From NCBI GenBank assembly GCA_963716255.1, contig OY970303.1, positions 5,664,001 to 5,728,000 on the forward strand: a stretch of DNA of 64,000 bases, given 5' to 3'. This DNA is from an uncultured Gemmatimonadales bacterium (GTDB lineage: Bacteria; Gemmatimonadota; Gemmatimonadetes; Longimicrobiales; Longimicrobiaceae). Positions 27,444-35,356 of the stretch are shown here, one piece after another. The stretch's first letter is position 1; the number at the start of each line of letters is the position of its first letter. The notes under the pieces were generated by a model, which had not been told where the DNA came from, searched no databases, and saw only the letters and a list, made by a program, of their open reading frames with translations. Position numbers and translations under genes: made by a program.

Positions 27444-27794
27444 ATGGCACCGGAAGAGGTGGAAGCGACCTTCGTCGCCGCGGCAAAGGCGCTCAGCCTG
27501 GTGTGGCTCACCGAGCCGTCCGGGCGCTACCGGATCGTGGAGCCGCACATGGTGTTCGTGTCCACCACCGGCAAGCGGCTGCTGCACTGCTACCAGATCG
27601 GCGGATACAGCTCCGGCGGGATCCTGCGCGGCTGGAAGAACCTGGAGCCCGGGGCGCTCGACGGGGCCCAGGTCGTGGACCAGCCGTTCTCGCCGCGGGC
27701 GGAATACAATCCCTTCAACGAGGAGATGTTCCCGGACGTCGTGTTCGCGGTCTCGACGCCGGACGGGCGGCAGCGGATTCCCAACATCGACTGA
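27444..27794 (+). CDS. Small hypothetical protein, WYL-like SH3 fold
   Basis: R.VEPH, LHCYQ..G.S, GWK.L. Confidence 0.65.
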   Translation: MAPEEVEATFVAAAKALSLVWLTEPSGRYRIVEPHMVFVSTTGKRLLHCYQIGGYSSGGILRGWKNLEPGALDGAQVVDQPFSPRAEYNPFNEEMFPDVVFAVSTPDGRQRIPNID

Positions 27795-27822
27795 ATGGGG
27801 GCGGGGCGGGATGGGCGGGGGA

Positions 27823-27980
27823 GGCCGCTCCGGAACCAGGCCAAACTGCCGGCCTGTTTCCTACGCGGGCTGCGGGAGCCCCGGGAAACTGCCTCCGGGT
27901 CTCCCTACGCCGGAGGGAGCCTCGCCAAACAGCCGGCGAGTCTCCCTCCGTGGCAGAATGGGGGAACGGTGGGGAACTGC
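27823..27980 (+). repeat. Structured repeat family B, copy 3
   Basis: GGCCGCTCCGGAACCAGGCCAAACTGCCGGCCTGTTTC...GAGCCCCGGGAAACTGCCTCCGGGTCTC...GAGCCTCGCCAAACAGCCGGCGAGTCTCCCTCCG. Confidence 0.92.
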
Positions 27981-28009
27981 GCCCGTTCCTCGGCTTCGTC
28001 GCGTCCGTC

Positions 28010-28744
28010 TCAGCCTCCCGGAACCGCCGGCCGGTCGGCGTGGAGCCCGGCGAGCGGGTCGCGCCCGCGGAGCGTGCCGTAGCTGCGCAGGAAGCGGAAG
28101 CGGGCGAACAGTTCCTCCGCGTACCATCCCTCCTCGCGGGTGCGGCGGACGGTCTCGACGTGGGCGGGGGTGCGGTAGGCCCAGGCCCGCATGGCCGCGG
28201 AGGTCCGCCACACGCTCAGCGTCCCCTGCCGCAGCCAGGGCACCTCGCCGAAGCCGAAGGTGGCGAGCAGGTCGCGCTCCCCGCGCAGCGTGTCGTCCAC
28301 CGGCGCCACCCGCGACCAGAAGCGCAGGGCGCGCGCGGGGCGGATGGTCGCACGGGTCAGCACGGCCACCGGCTCGTCGTCGGCGATGCGCGCGCCCGGC
28401 GAGCCAAGCCCGAAGGGCTCCACGCCGCCCCAGCGGCCGTGGTGGCCGGCCGGGGCGAGGAGGACGGAGTACACCTCCTCGCGCGCGTCGTGGCGCCGCA
28501 TCAGCCGCGACCCGCCGCGGAAGCGCTCCCAGGCGTCCTCCGACTCCCACGAAGCGAAGAGCGCCCAGCCGCGCAGGTCCGGCTTCGCGCTGAAGCCGAT
28601 GCCGCTCCCCGTCCCCATCGCCCTGGCAAAGCGCAGCCCCGGCGTGCGGGCCAGGGCCGGCGCGTCCGTCGCCACCCGCGCGGCCCCCAGCACCGCCCGC
28701 GCGGCGGAGTACCGCACCACCGTGAGGGTGGCGACCCCGCTCAC
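28010..28744 (-). CDS. Spheroidene monooxygenase (CrtA)-like protein
   Basis: GL.F..MG.G.G.GFS.KPD, G.WGG, V.VLTRATI, GE.PWL.Q.T.S.W, WY.EELFARF; GTGA-coupled to SCO. Confidence 0.8.
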   Translation of the reverse strand: MSGVATLTVVRYSAARAVLGAARVATDAPALARTPGLRFARAMGTGSGIGFSAKPDLRGWALFASWESEDAWERFRGGSRLMRRHDAREEVYSVLLAPAGHHGRWGGVEPFGLGSPGARIADDEPVAVLTRATIRPARALRFWSRVAPVDDTLRGERDLLATFGFGEVPWLRQGTLSVWRTSAAMRAWAYRTPAHVETVRRTREEGWYAEELFARFRFLRSYGTLRGRDPLAGLHADRPAVPGG

Positions 28745-29343
28745 AGGGAGAGCAGCGCGCGCACGTCGTCGCGAACGGCCTCGTCGCCGGCCTCGGGGGG
28801 GATGACGACGACCAGCCGGCCGCGCCGGTCGATGCCGTAGACCACGGAGCTGTGCGTCATGCCGTGGTGCCCGCCCTGCATGCTGTACACGCCGTATCCC
28901 CTGTACGCCCGCGCGAGAGAGGCGCTGTCCCCGGTGAGGCCGGCGGCGCGCGGGGTGAAGCGCTTCACGTAGGCCGCCAGCGCGGCGGGGGTGTCGCGCG
29001 CGGGGTCCACGGTCGCGAGCAGCACCTGCACGTTGTCCGCCCGCCGGCCCAGCCCCTCCGTGACGCGCGCCAGCTTGGACAGCGTCAGCGGGCACACGTC
29101 CGGGCAGTGCGTGAAGCCGAAGAACAGGAGGACCACCCTGCCGCGGTAGTCGTCCAGCGTCACCCTGCGCCCGGTGTGGTCCACCAGCGCAAAGGGCGGC
29201 GCCGGCGTCACCTCGTCGTAGGTGGTCCCGTGAAAGGTCGGCGGCCGGCCGGCGAGCAGGTACCCCGCGCCGCCCAGGCCCAGGGCGGCCGCGAGCAGGA
29301 AGAGGGCGAGCACGATCCGGCCGGGGCGTTGCGACGACGACAT
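28741..29343 (-). CDS. SCO family copper chaperone
   Basis: FGFTHCPDVCP, TVDP.RD, HS conserved His, N-terminal TM. Confidence 0.93.
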   Translation of the reverse strand: MSSSQRPGRIVLALFLLAAALGLGGAGYLLAGRPPTFHGTTYDEVTPAPPFALVDHTGRRVTLDDYRGRVVLLFFGFTHCPDVCPLTLSKLARVTEGLGRRADNVQVLLATVDPARDTPAALAAYVKRFTPRAAGLTGDSASLARAYRGYGVYSMQGGHHGMTHSSVVYGIDRRGRLVVVIPPEAGDEAVRDDVRALLSL

Positions 29344-29598
29344 CGAGGGAACAGGGAACAGGGTGGTAACGGTGCACCCGCAGCGTGCAGCGGCACAGGG
29401 AACGGCCTGCAAGGACGACGGCGCGTCGGCAGGCTCGTCCGGAGGTCGAATGTAACCCCGGGGGCGCGGATCCTGCCACGCCCGCGGCGGCCCGCCCGGG
29501 TGTCGCTTGTCGCCCCCGGGGACGGCGGTTACGTTGGCGGTCCCCTCCAGGGGGAGGGCGGACGCGGCGTGGGCCTGGACCTGAAACGGAGGGCGACG

Positions 29599-30420
29599 AT
29601 GGAGCGGGTGGAGCTGGAGCGGGCGGTCGGCGCGGCGTACGCGGACCGGGAGCGGCTGAAGGAGCGGGAGGCGGCGCAGGCGGTCATGGAGACCATCGAC
29701 CTGCTGGACCGCGGGGAGGTGCGCGTGGCCGAGAAGGCCGGCGGCGAGTGGCGGGTGAACACGTGGGTCAAGGAAGCCATCCTCCTGTACTTCGCCCTGC
29801 GGCCGCTGGAGCCCATGGACGCGGGCGTGCTGCACTTCTACGACAAGATCCCGGTCAAGACCGACCTCCGGGCGCAGGGGATCCGCGTGGTGCCGCCCGG
29901 GGTGGCGCGCTACGGCTCGTTCCTGGAGCCGGGGGCCATCCTGATGCCCGGCTACGTCAACATCGGCGCGTACGTGGGCGCCGGGACCATGGTGGACACG
30001 TGGGCCACGGTGGGCTCCTGCGCGCAGGTGGGCAGGGACGTGCACCTCGCCGGCGGAGTGGGGATCGGCGGCGTGCTGGAGCCCCCGCAGGCCACCCCCA
30101 CGATCATCGAGGACGGCGCCTTCATCGGCTCCCGCTGCGTGGTGGTGGAGGGCGTGGTGGTGGAGGAGGAGGCGGTGCTGGGCGCCGGCGTGGTGCTCAC
30201 CGCGTCCACCCAGGTCGTGGACGTGACCGGCCCCGAGCCGGTGGTCACCCGGGGCCGTATCCCCGCGCGCTCCGTGGTCATCCCCGGCTCCCGTCCAAAG
30301 GAGTTCCCGGCGGGGACCTTCCACGTGCCGTGCGCGCTGATCGTGGGGCAGCGTCAGGAATCCACCGACCGGAAAACGTCGCTCAACGACGTCCTCCGCA
30401 CCTTCGACGTGCAGGTCTGA
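29599..30420 (+). CDS. dapD: Tetrahydrodipicolinate N-succinyltransferase
   Basis: W.VN.WVKEAILLYF, DKIP, RVVPP, VNIGAYVG.GTMVDTWATVGSCAQ, GGVLEP.QA, SLND.LR. Confidence 0.95.
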   Translation: MERVELERAVGAAYADRERLKEREAAQAVMETIDLLDRGEVRVAEKAGGEWRVNTWVKEAILLYFALRPLEPMDAGVLHFYDKIPVKTDLRAQGIRVVPPGVARYGSFLEPGAILMPGYVNIGAYVGAGTMVDTWATVGSCAQVGRDVHLAGGVGIGGVLEPPQATPTIIEDGAFIGSRCVVVEGVVVEEEAVLGAGVVLTASTQVVDVTGPEPVVTRGRIPARSVVIPGSRPKEFPAGTFHVPCALIVGQRQESTDRKTSLNDVLRTFDVQV

Positions 30421-30425
30421 GGCGG

Positions 30426-31511
30426 ATGGGCGCGAGCGAGGACGGGACCGTGGCGGACGAGCTGGCGCGGCTCACCCTGGAGCTGTGCCGCATGCCCAGC
30501 GAGACGGGCGACGAGGCCCTCATCGCCGACTGGGTGGAGGCGCGCTGCCGCTCACTGGCGGGCCCCGGCGCGGTGCACCGCATCGGCCACTCGGTGGTGT
30601 GCGACCCCTTCGCCGGCGACCCGGCCGCGCCCGCGGCGGCGGTGGCGCTGGTGGGGCACCTGGACACGGTCAGGTGCGCCGAGGTGCAGGACTACGCCGT
30701 CCGCGACGGGCGGGTGTACGGCTGCGGCGCCAGCGACATGAAGGCGGGGGTGGCGGTGATGCTGGCGCTGCTGGACCGCTGGCGCGAGCTGCGCGGGCCG
30801 CGCCCCGTATGGATCCTCTACGACGCCGAGGAGGGGCCCTTCGAGGGGAACGGACTGGAGCCGGTGCTCACGAGCGGCGTCCTCCCGGAGATCGGCTTCG
30901 CATTCATCCTGGAGCCCACCGACCGCGCGCTCCAGCTGGGGTGCATGGGGGTGCTGAACGCCACGGTGTCCGTGCTGGGCACGCGCGCCCACTCCGCGCG
31001 CCCCTGGCAGGGCGAGAACGCCCTGTACCGCGCCCTGCCGCTGCTGGGGCGCTTCGCGGCGCTGGAGCGGCGCCCGGTGCGTTTCGGCGAGCTCACGTTC
31101 TACGAGGTGATGGGGGTGACGCAGGCCAGCACCGCCAACTCCAAGAACGTGGTGCCCGACGCGCTGACGCTCAACGTCAACGTCCGCTTCGCCCCGGGGC
31201 GCACCATGGAGGAGGCGGAGGAAGAGCTCCGCGCGCTGGTGGGCGACGACGGCGTGGTGGACGTGCGCGACCGCGCCCCCGCCGGCACCGTGCACCTGGA
31301 CCACCCGCTGCTGGCGCCCTGGCTCCGCGCCGAGGGCCTCCCTCTCCAGCCCAAGCAGGCGTGGACGGACGTGGCCCGCTTCACCTCGCGCGGCATTCCC
31401 GCCGTCAACTTCGGCCCGGGGGAGACGTCGCAGGCGCACCAGGCCAACGAGTGGTGTCCGGTGGGGTCGCTGGACTTCGTGTATTCCGCGCTGCGCCGAT
31501 TTTTTTCCTGA
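30426..31511 (+). CDS. dapE: Succinyl-diaminopimelate desuccinylase (M20 peptidase)
   Basis: GHLDTV, GCGASDMK, EE, EPT, AHSARPW.G.NA, WTDVARF, GPG, AH; follows dapD. Confidence 0.9.
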   Translation: MGASEDGTVADELARLTLELCRMPSETGDEALIADWVEARCRSLAGPGAVHRIGHSVVCDPFAGDPAAPAAAVALVGHLDTVRCAEVQDYAVRDGRVYGCGASDMKAGVAVMLALLDRWRELRGPRPVWILYDAEEGPFEGNGLEPVLTSGVLPEIGFAFILEPTDRALQLGCMGVLNATVSVLGTRAHSARPWQGENALYRALPLLGRFAALERRPVRFGELTFYEVMGVTQASTANSKNVVPDALTLNVNVRFAPGRTMEEAEEELRALVGDDGVVDVRDRAPAGTVHLDHPLLAPWLRAEGLPLQPKQAWTDVARFTSRGIPAVNFGPGETSQAHQANEWCPVGSLDFVYSALRRFFS

Positions 31512-31549
31512 CCACGGGTTTTGGCGGAACTGCATTGAGCTGCGGGTTC

Positions 31550-31678
31550 GGGCGTGCCCCCGGCTGGCGCCGGGGTCGGGCTTCGGCTCCGTAAGCCCGC
31601 AAACAACGCGGGCTAACGGAGTCGAGCCCGCGCAAACAGCCGCGCGGTCTCGCCCCTTCGGGCCGAAATCCCTCACGC
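31550..31678 (+). repeat. Structured repeat family A, copy 3
   Basis: Full A consensus with inner stem AGCCCGC/GCGGGCT. Confidence 0.95.
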
Positions 31679-31705
31679 GGGTTTTGGGCTGGCGTCCGCT
31701 GGGGT

Positions 31706-31807
31706 CCCCTCCCCCGCAAGCGGGAGAGGGGGTCGAGCCTCGAGCGAGCCGGGTGAGGGCTGCCGTTGCTGTTGCAGGCTGTTCCCTGGTCCCTAATCCC
31801 TGTTCCC
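31706..31807. repeat. Family C hairpin followed by GTTGCAGGCT-heptamer repeat
   Basis: CCCCTCCCCCGCAAGCGGGAGAGGGG...GCGAGCCGGGTGAGGGC then GTTGCAGGCTGTTCCCTGGTCCCTAATCCCTGTTCCC; same order as at 7211-7302. Confidence 0.75.
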
Positions 31808-31814
31808 CGTCGTC

Positions 31815-32945
31815 ATGAACCCCGTCATCGCCGAGATCCCGCCGTCGATCATCCGGGCGATCAACGCCCGCAAGAAGCCGGGAGACATCGACCTGTGCAT
31901 GGGCGAGCCCACACTCCGTCCCGATCCCGCCCCGTTCGAAGCGGCGACGGAATGGGTGCGCCGCCACGGCTGCCCCTATACCCCCAACGCCGGCTGGGAC
32001 GAGCTGCGGGAGCGGATCGCCGCCTACTACGGCCTCCCCGGCGAGCCGGGAAAGGCCGGGGTGTGCGTCACCATCGGGTCGGAGGAGGCGCTCTACCTGG
32101 CCGTCAAGACGGTGGTGGACCCCGCGCGCGACGAGGTGCTGGTGGTGGAGCCGGCGTACCTGGCCTACGCCAAGCTCTGCATGCTGGAGGGGATCCGCCA
32201 CCGCAGCGTCGCGCTCGACCCGGCGGACGGCTTCGCGCCCAGGGCGGCGGCGGTCCTGGAGGCGCTGCGGCCGGACACCCGCCTGGTGGTGATCTCCACG
32301 CCCGCCAACCCCACGGGACGCATCTGGCCGGCGGCGGAGCTGCGCGCCCTGGCGGAGGGACTGGCGGCGCGCCCCGGGCCGCCGGTGTACGTGCTGAGCG
32401 ACGAGGTGTACCGCGAGCTGTACTTCACCCCGGAGCCGCCGCCCTCCATCGCGGAGCTGTACCCGCACACGCTGGTGGCCGGCTCGCTCTCCAAGAGCAA
32501 CGCGCTGACGGGGCTGCGGCTGGGGTGGCTGGTGGGGCCGCCGGAGGTGGTCGCCGCGGCGATCAAGGTGCACCAGTTCGTGAACACCGCCGCGAGCACC
32601 TTCTCCCAGGCCGTCGCGCTGGAGCTGTTCCGCGACCGCGCCGCGCTCGCCGCGCACCGCCCGCACTACCGGCGCATGCGCGGCGTCCTGCTCGCCGCCG
32701 CCGAGCGCCACGGCGTTCCCCACCTCCCGCCGGAGGGCACCTTCTACTGCATGCTCAGGCTGCCGCAGCACCTGGCCGGCGACGCCCTGGGCGCCGTGGA
32801 GCGGCTGCTGGAGGAGCAGCGGGTGGTCGCGGTGCCCGGAACCGCGTTCGGGGCGAGCGGAGAAGGGTGGCTGCGCCTGTCGTGGGTGGTGGACGAGGAG
32901 CTGCTGGACGAGGCGATGCGGCGCATCGCGGTGTTCTTCGGATAG
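31815..32945 (+). CDS. PLP-dependent class I/II aminotransferase (candidate DapC by context)
   Basis: NPTG, DEVY, SLSKSNALTGLRLG. Confidence 0.92.
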   Translation: MNPVIAEIPPSIIRAINARKKPGDIDLCMGEPTLRPDPAPFEAATEWVRRHGCPYTPNAGWDELRERIAAYYGLPGEPGKAGVCVTIGSEEALYLAVKTVVDPARDEVLVVEPAYLAYAKLCMLEGIRHRSVALDPADGFAPRAAAVLEALRPDTRLVVISTPANPTGRIWPAAELRALAEGLAARPGPPVYVLSDEVYRELYFTPEPPPSIAELYPHTLVAGSLSKSNALTGLRLGWLVGPPEVVAAAIKVHQFVNTAASTFSQAVALELFRDRAALAAHRPHYRRMRGVLLAAAERHGVPHLPPEGTFYCMLRLPQHLAGDALGAVERLLEEQRVVAVPGTAFGASGEGWLRLSWVVDEELLDEAMRRIAVFFG

Positions 32946-32970
32946 AGAGACGGGGAGTCCGCACGACGGC

Positions 32971-33007
32971 AAAGCCCCTCCACGCGGCGCGGTGGAGGGG
33001 CTTTTTT
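32971..33007. terminator. Bidirectional intrinsic terminator
   Basis: AAAGCCCCTCCAC...GTGGAGGGGCTTTTTT between convergent genes. Confidence 0.85.
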
Positions 33008-33040
33008 CGTGGCGCGGCGGCGGCACGGGCCGCCCCGCTC

Positions 33041-33415
33041 TCAGCGTGCCGCGCCCACGCCGCAGAGCTGCTCGATCTTTTCCCTGAGGGCCGCGGGCGT
33101 GAAGGGCGCGACGATGTGGCCGCTCACCCCCGCGTCGGTCGCGGCCAGGATGTCCTCCCGGGCGCTGCGCGTGGTCACCATCAGGATGGGCACCATCCTT
33201 CCGTCCGGCCGGGCGCGCAGCTCGCGTGCGAGGCCGGGCACGCCGGGGTCCGGCAGGTCCCGGTCGGTGATGACCAGCCCCACCGAGGCGTCGAACCGGT
33301 CCAGCGCCTCGCGCCCGCCGCGTGCTTCCATCACGTCCGTGAAGCCGATGCGCTGGAGCGAGTTGACGACGATGCGGCGCCGGGTGGCGGAATCGTCCAC
33401 GACGAGAAGCTTCAT
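33041..33415 (-). CDS. CheY-like single-domain receiver, degenerate
   Basis: MKLLVVDDS.T.RRI, VITD, PILMVTT; the conserved KPF reads APF. Confidence 0.82.
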   Translation of the reverse strand: MKLLVVDDSATRRRIVVNSLQRIGFTDVMEARGGREALDRFDASVGLVITDRDLPDPGVPGLARELRARPDGRMVPILMVTTRSAREDILAATDAGVSGHIVAPFTPAALREKIEQLCGVGAAR

Positions 33416-33445
33416 GGTCCGGTCCTCCCTGTGAGAGGGTGGGGA

Positions 33446-33643
33446 CTACAGGTCGCCGCTCCGCAGGACGGCCTCGGCCACGCGGCCGGCGACCGCGGCG
33501 GAGCCGTAGGCTCCCTCCAAGACGCGGCGCCGCACCTCGGCGATGCGCTCCCGGCCGGCCCCGGTGAACGGCGCCTCCGCCGGACGCGCTCCCCGGCACC
33601 CTCCGGCGCGGGACGGCTCGCCGTCCCTGTCGTTGATTCTCAT
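33446..33643 (-). CDS. flgM: FlgM-like anti-sigma28 factor
   Basis: GGAGG RBS; ERIAEVRRRVLEGAY...VAEAVL resembles the FlgM C-terminus; sigma28-like promoter upstream. Confidence 0.65.
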   Translation of the reverse strand: MRINDRDGEPSRAGGCRGARPAEAPFTGAGRERIAEVRRRVLEGAYGSAAVAGRVAEAVLRSGDL

Positions 33644-33669
33644 GGGTTCTCTCCTCCTCTTACGGAAGG

Positions 33670-33697
33670 GTATCGACGGCACGGGGGCGCGACTTGA
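33670..33697 (-). promoter_or_regulatory. Sigma28 (FliA)-like promoter
   Basis: Minus strand TCAA-N16-GTCGATAC just upstream of the flgM-like RBS. Confidence 0.6.
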
Positions 33698-33714
33698 GCC
33701 CGCAGCGGGCCGCC

Positions 33715-34131
33715 TCAGCGGAGGAGGTCCAGCGGCGCCCGCCCGGCAGGCGCCGTATACGCGGCCCCGGCGCCGGAGAGGCCCGTCCAGTCCAACTCGC
33801 GGGCCCTCCGGACGCGGGTCTCCGCCAGCCGCTCGGCGAGCCGCACGTCCGCCTCCTGGACCGCCAGCGCCGCGGACACCACGCCCGCGACCTCGGCCTC
33901 CGCGAGCCGCGGCCCGCCGGCCGCGCCGCGAGCCCGTCCCAGGTCGCCCACCAGCGGTGCCAGCCGACCGGCGACGCGGTCGCGCTCGTCCAGCACGCGG
34001 CGAAGGGCCACCTCGTCGCCGCGCTCTGCGGCGGCCAGGGCGTCCCCGGCCAGCGCGCACATGCAGTCGAAGAGGACGCGCGCCTCCTCGGCGGTCTCCC
34101 GCAGCCGGGGGAGGGGGAGGGCGGGGCTCAT
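33715..34131 (-). CDS. Helical protein, FliT/FlgN-like flagellar chaperone candidate
   Basis: GGAGG RBS; A...GD...L...L.ER..L helix and C-terminal AY...LD.R; flagellar context. Confidence 0.55.
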   Translation of the reverse strand: MSPALPLPRLRETAEEARVLFDCMCALAGDALAAAERGDEVALRRVLDERDRVAGRLAPLVGDLGRARGAAGGPRLAEAEVAGVVSAALAVQEADVRLAERLAETRVRRARELDWTGLSGAGAAYTAPAGRAPLDLLR

Positions 34132-34259
34132 CTGGCCTCCCGGGTTCGTGTGGCGTGCTCGGCCTGCTGGCGGGTGCGGCTCATCTGGAACCTGCTCCGG
34201 TTGGCGGTTGCTGTGCTCCGACGGCGCCCGGCCGGTCGGCGAACCACGTCGTGGTGTGA

Positions 34260-34287
34260 TTATCGGCACCTTCGCCGTTCGGGTTCA
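34260..34287 (-). promoter_or_regulatory. Sigma28 (FliA)-like promoter
   Basis: Minus strand TGAA-N16-GCCGATAA, a perfect -10 consensus. Confidence 0.65.
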
Positions 34288-34332
34288 CTCCGGGGAAGCC
34301 CTCTCCAGCCGTCGATGAGGACTGTACCCGGT

Positions 34333-34371
34333 TTGCTTCTCGGAACAGAGGTGACTATGTTTCATGGTCAC
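34333..34371 (+). promoter_or_regulatory. TA operon promoter with palindromic operator
   Basis: TTGCTT-17 bp-TATGTT overlapped by GTGACTATG-TTT-CATGGTCAC. Confidence 0.7.
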
Positions 34372-34385
34372 CAATGGAGGCAGCC

Positions 34386-34730
34386 ATGGCAGATCCCTCG
34401 GCGAACGACCCGGCCGGCGAAGTGCCCGACAAAGGAGTGTCTGGCCAGGAAGCACCTGAGCAGAAGGCACAGCCGGACGCGGAGCAGCACTCCTACCGGA
34501 TTCCCGCCGGTGACTTCAAGGCCACGTGCCTGAAGCTGATGGACCGCGTGAAGGAAACCGGGGTGGAGTACGTCATCACCAAGCGGAACCGGCCGGTCGC
34601 GAAGCTCGCGCCCGTCACCGACGACGACCTCCGCCCGTTCGTGGGGCGGTCGCGCGGGGTGATCACGGCCACCCGCGAGGATCTCGTCGCGCCCATCGGC
34701 GAGGACTGGGAGGTCGATGCTGACCTCTGA
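34386..34730 (+). CDS. Phd/YefM family antitoxin
   Basis: IPAGDFKATCLKLMDRV, VITKRNRPVAKLAP; overlaps the PIN gene. Confidence 0.92.
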   Translation: MADPSANDPAGEVPDKGVSGQEAPEQKAQPDAEQHSYRIPAGDFKATCLKLMDRVKETGVEYVITKRNRPVAKLAPVTDDDLRPFVGRSRGVITATREDLVAPIGEDWEVDADL

Positions 34731-35187
34731 CCTGGCCGCGCGGGACCGGCTGGTGATGGACACCCACGTCTGGGTGTGGGTCAGCGGGGAATCGGGCGGT
34801 CCGGGCCAGGTGCGGGCCGACGTGCTCCCGGCGATCGAGGGCGCCGCGCGCGGCCGGCGCCTTTTCGTTTCCTCCACCTCCGTGTGGGAGATCGCGCTCA
34901 AGGCCGAGCGCGGCAGGGCGCTGGTCTCCGGGGACCTGCACTCCTGGGTCCGCGACCAGCAGCGGTTTCCGGGAGTCCGCGTGATGCCGGTCGATTCCCG
35001 GCTCTCCGTGGACTGCACGCACCTCCCCCTCTGGATCCGCAGGAACGACAGGAAGGAGCACCGCGATCCCGCGGACCGCTTCATCGTCACCACCGCGCGC
35101 CGCCTGAACGCCGTACTCGTCACCTGCGACGAGGAGATCCTGGAGTACGCGCGCCAGGGGCACGTGGCCGCCTTCGACGCCCGCTGA
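34717..35187 (+). CDS. VapC/PIN domain toxin
   Basis: MDTHVWVW, S..S.WEI, HRDPADR, LVT.D. Confidence 0.93.
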   Translation: MLTSDLAARDRLVMDTHVWVWVSGESGGPGQVRADVLPAIEGAARGRRLFVSSTSVWEIALKAERGRALVSGDLHSWVRDQQRFPGVRVMPVDSRLSVDCTHLPLWIRRNDRKEHRDPADRFIVTTARRLNAVLVTCDEEILEYARQGHVAAFDAR

Positions 35188-35356
35188 CCCGCCGCGGGCG
35201 GAGGCGCGCACCCGGGCCGGCGCGGCGCGTCGTGCGGCGGTGGGGCCGGGTGGCACGCGGCGGTTGCCGGCGGGCGATCGGCGCGCGTATGTTGGGGCGT
35301 GCCGGACGCGCCTTTCCGGAATATCATCGTGTCCCGCGGCTCCCCCTGCCCGCTCC

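Noticed and set aside
34374..35187. TA pair as the marker of a prophage or integrative element
   Set aside because: No integrase, att-like direct repeats or phage genes flank it.
35251..35267. Sigma54 promoter TGGCAC…TTGC upstream of the NtrC-like gene
   Set aside because: The GG-to-GC spacing is 12 nt rather than the required 10.
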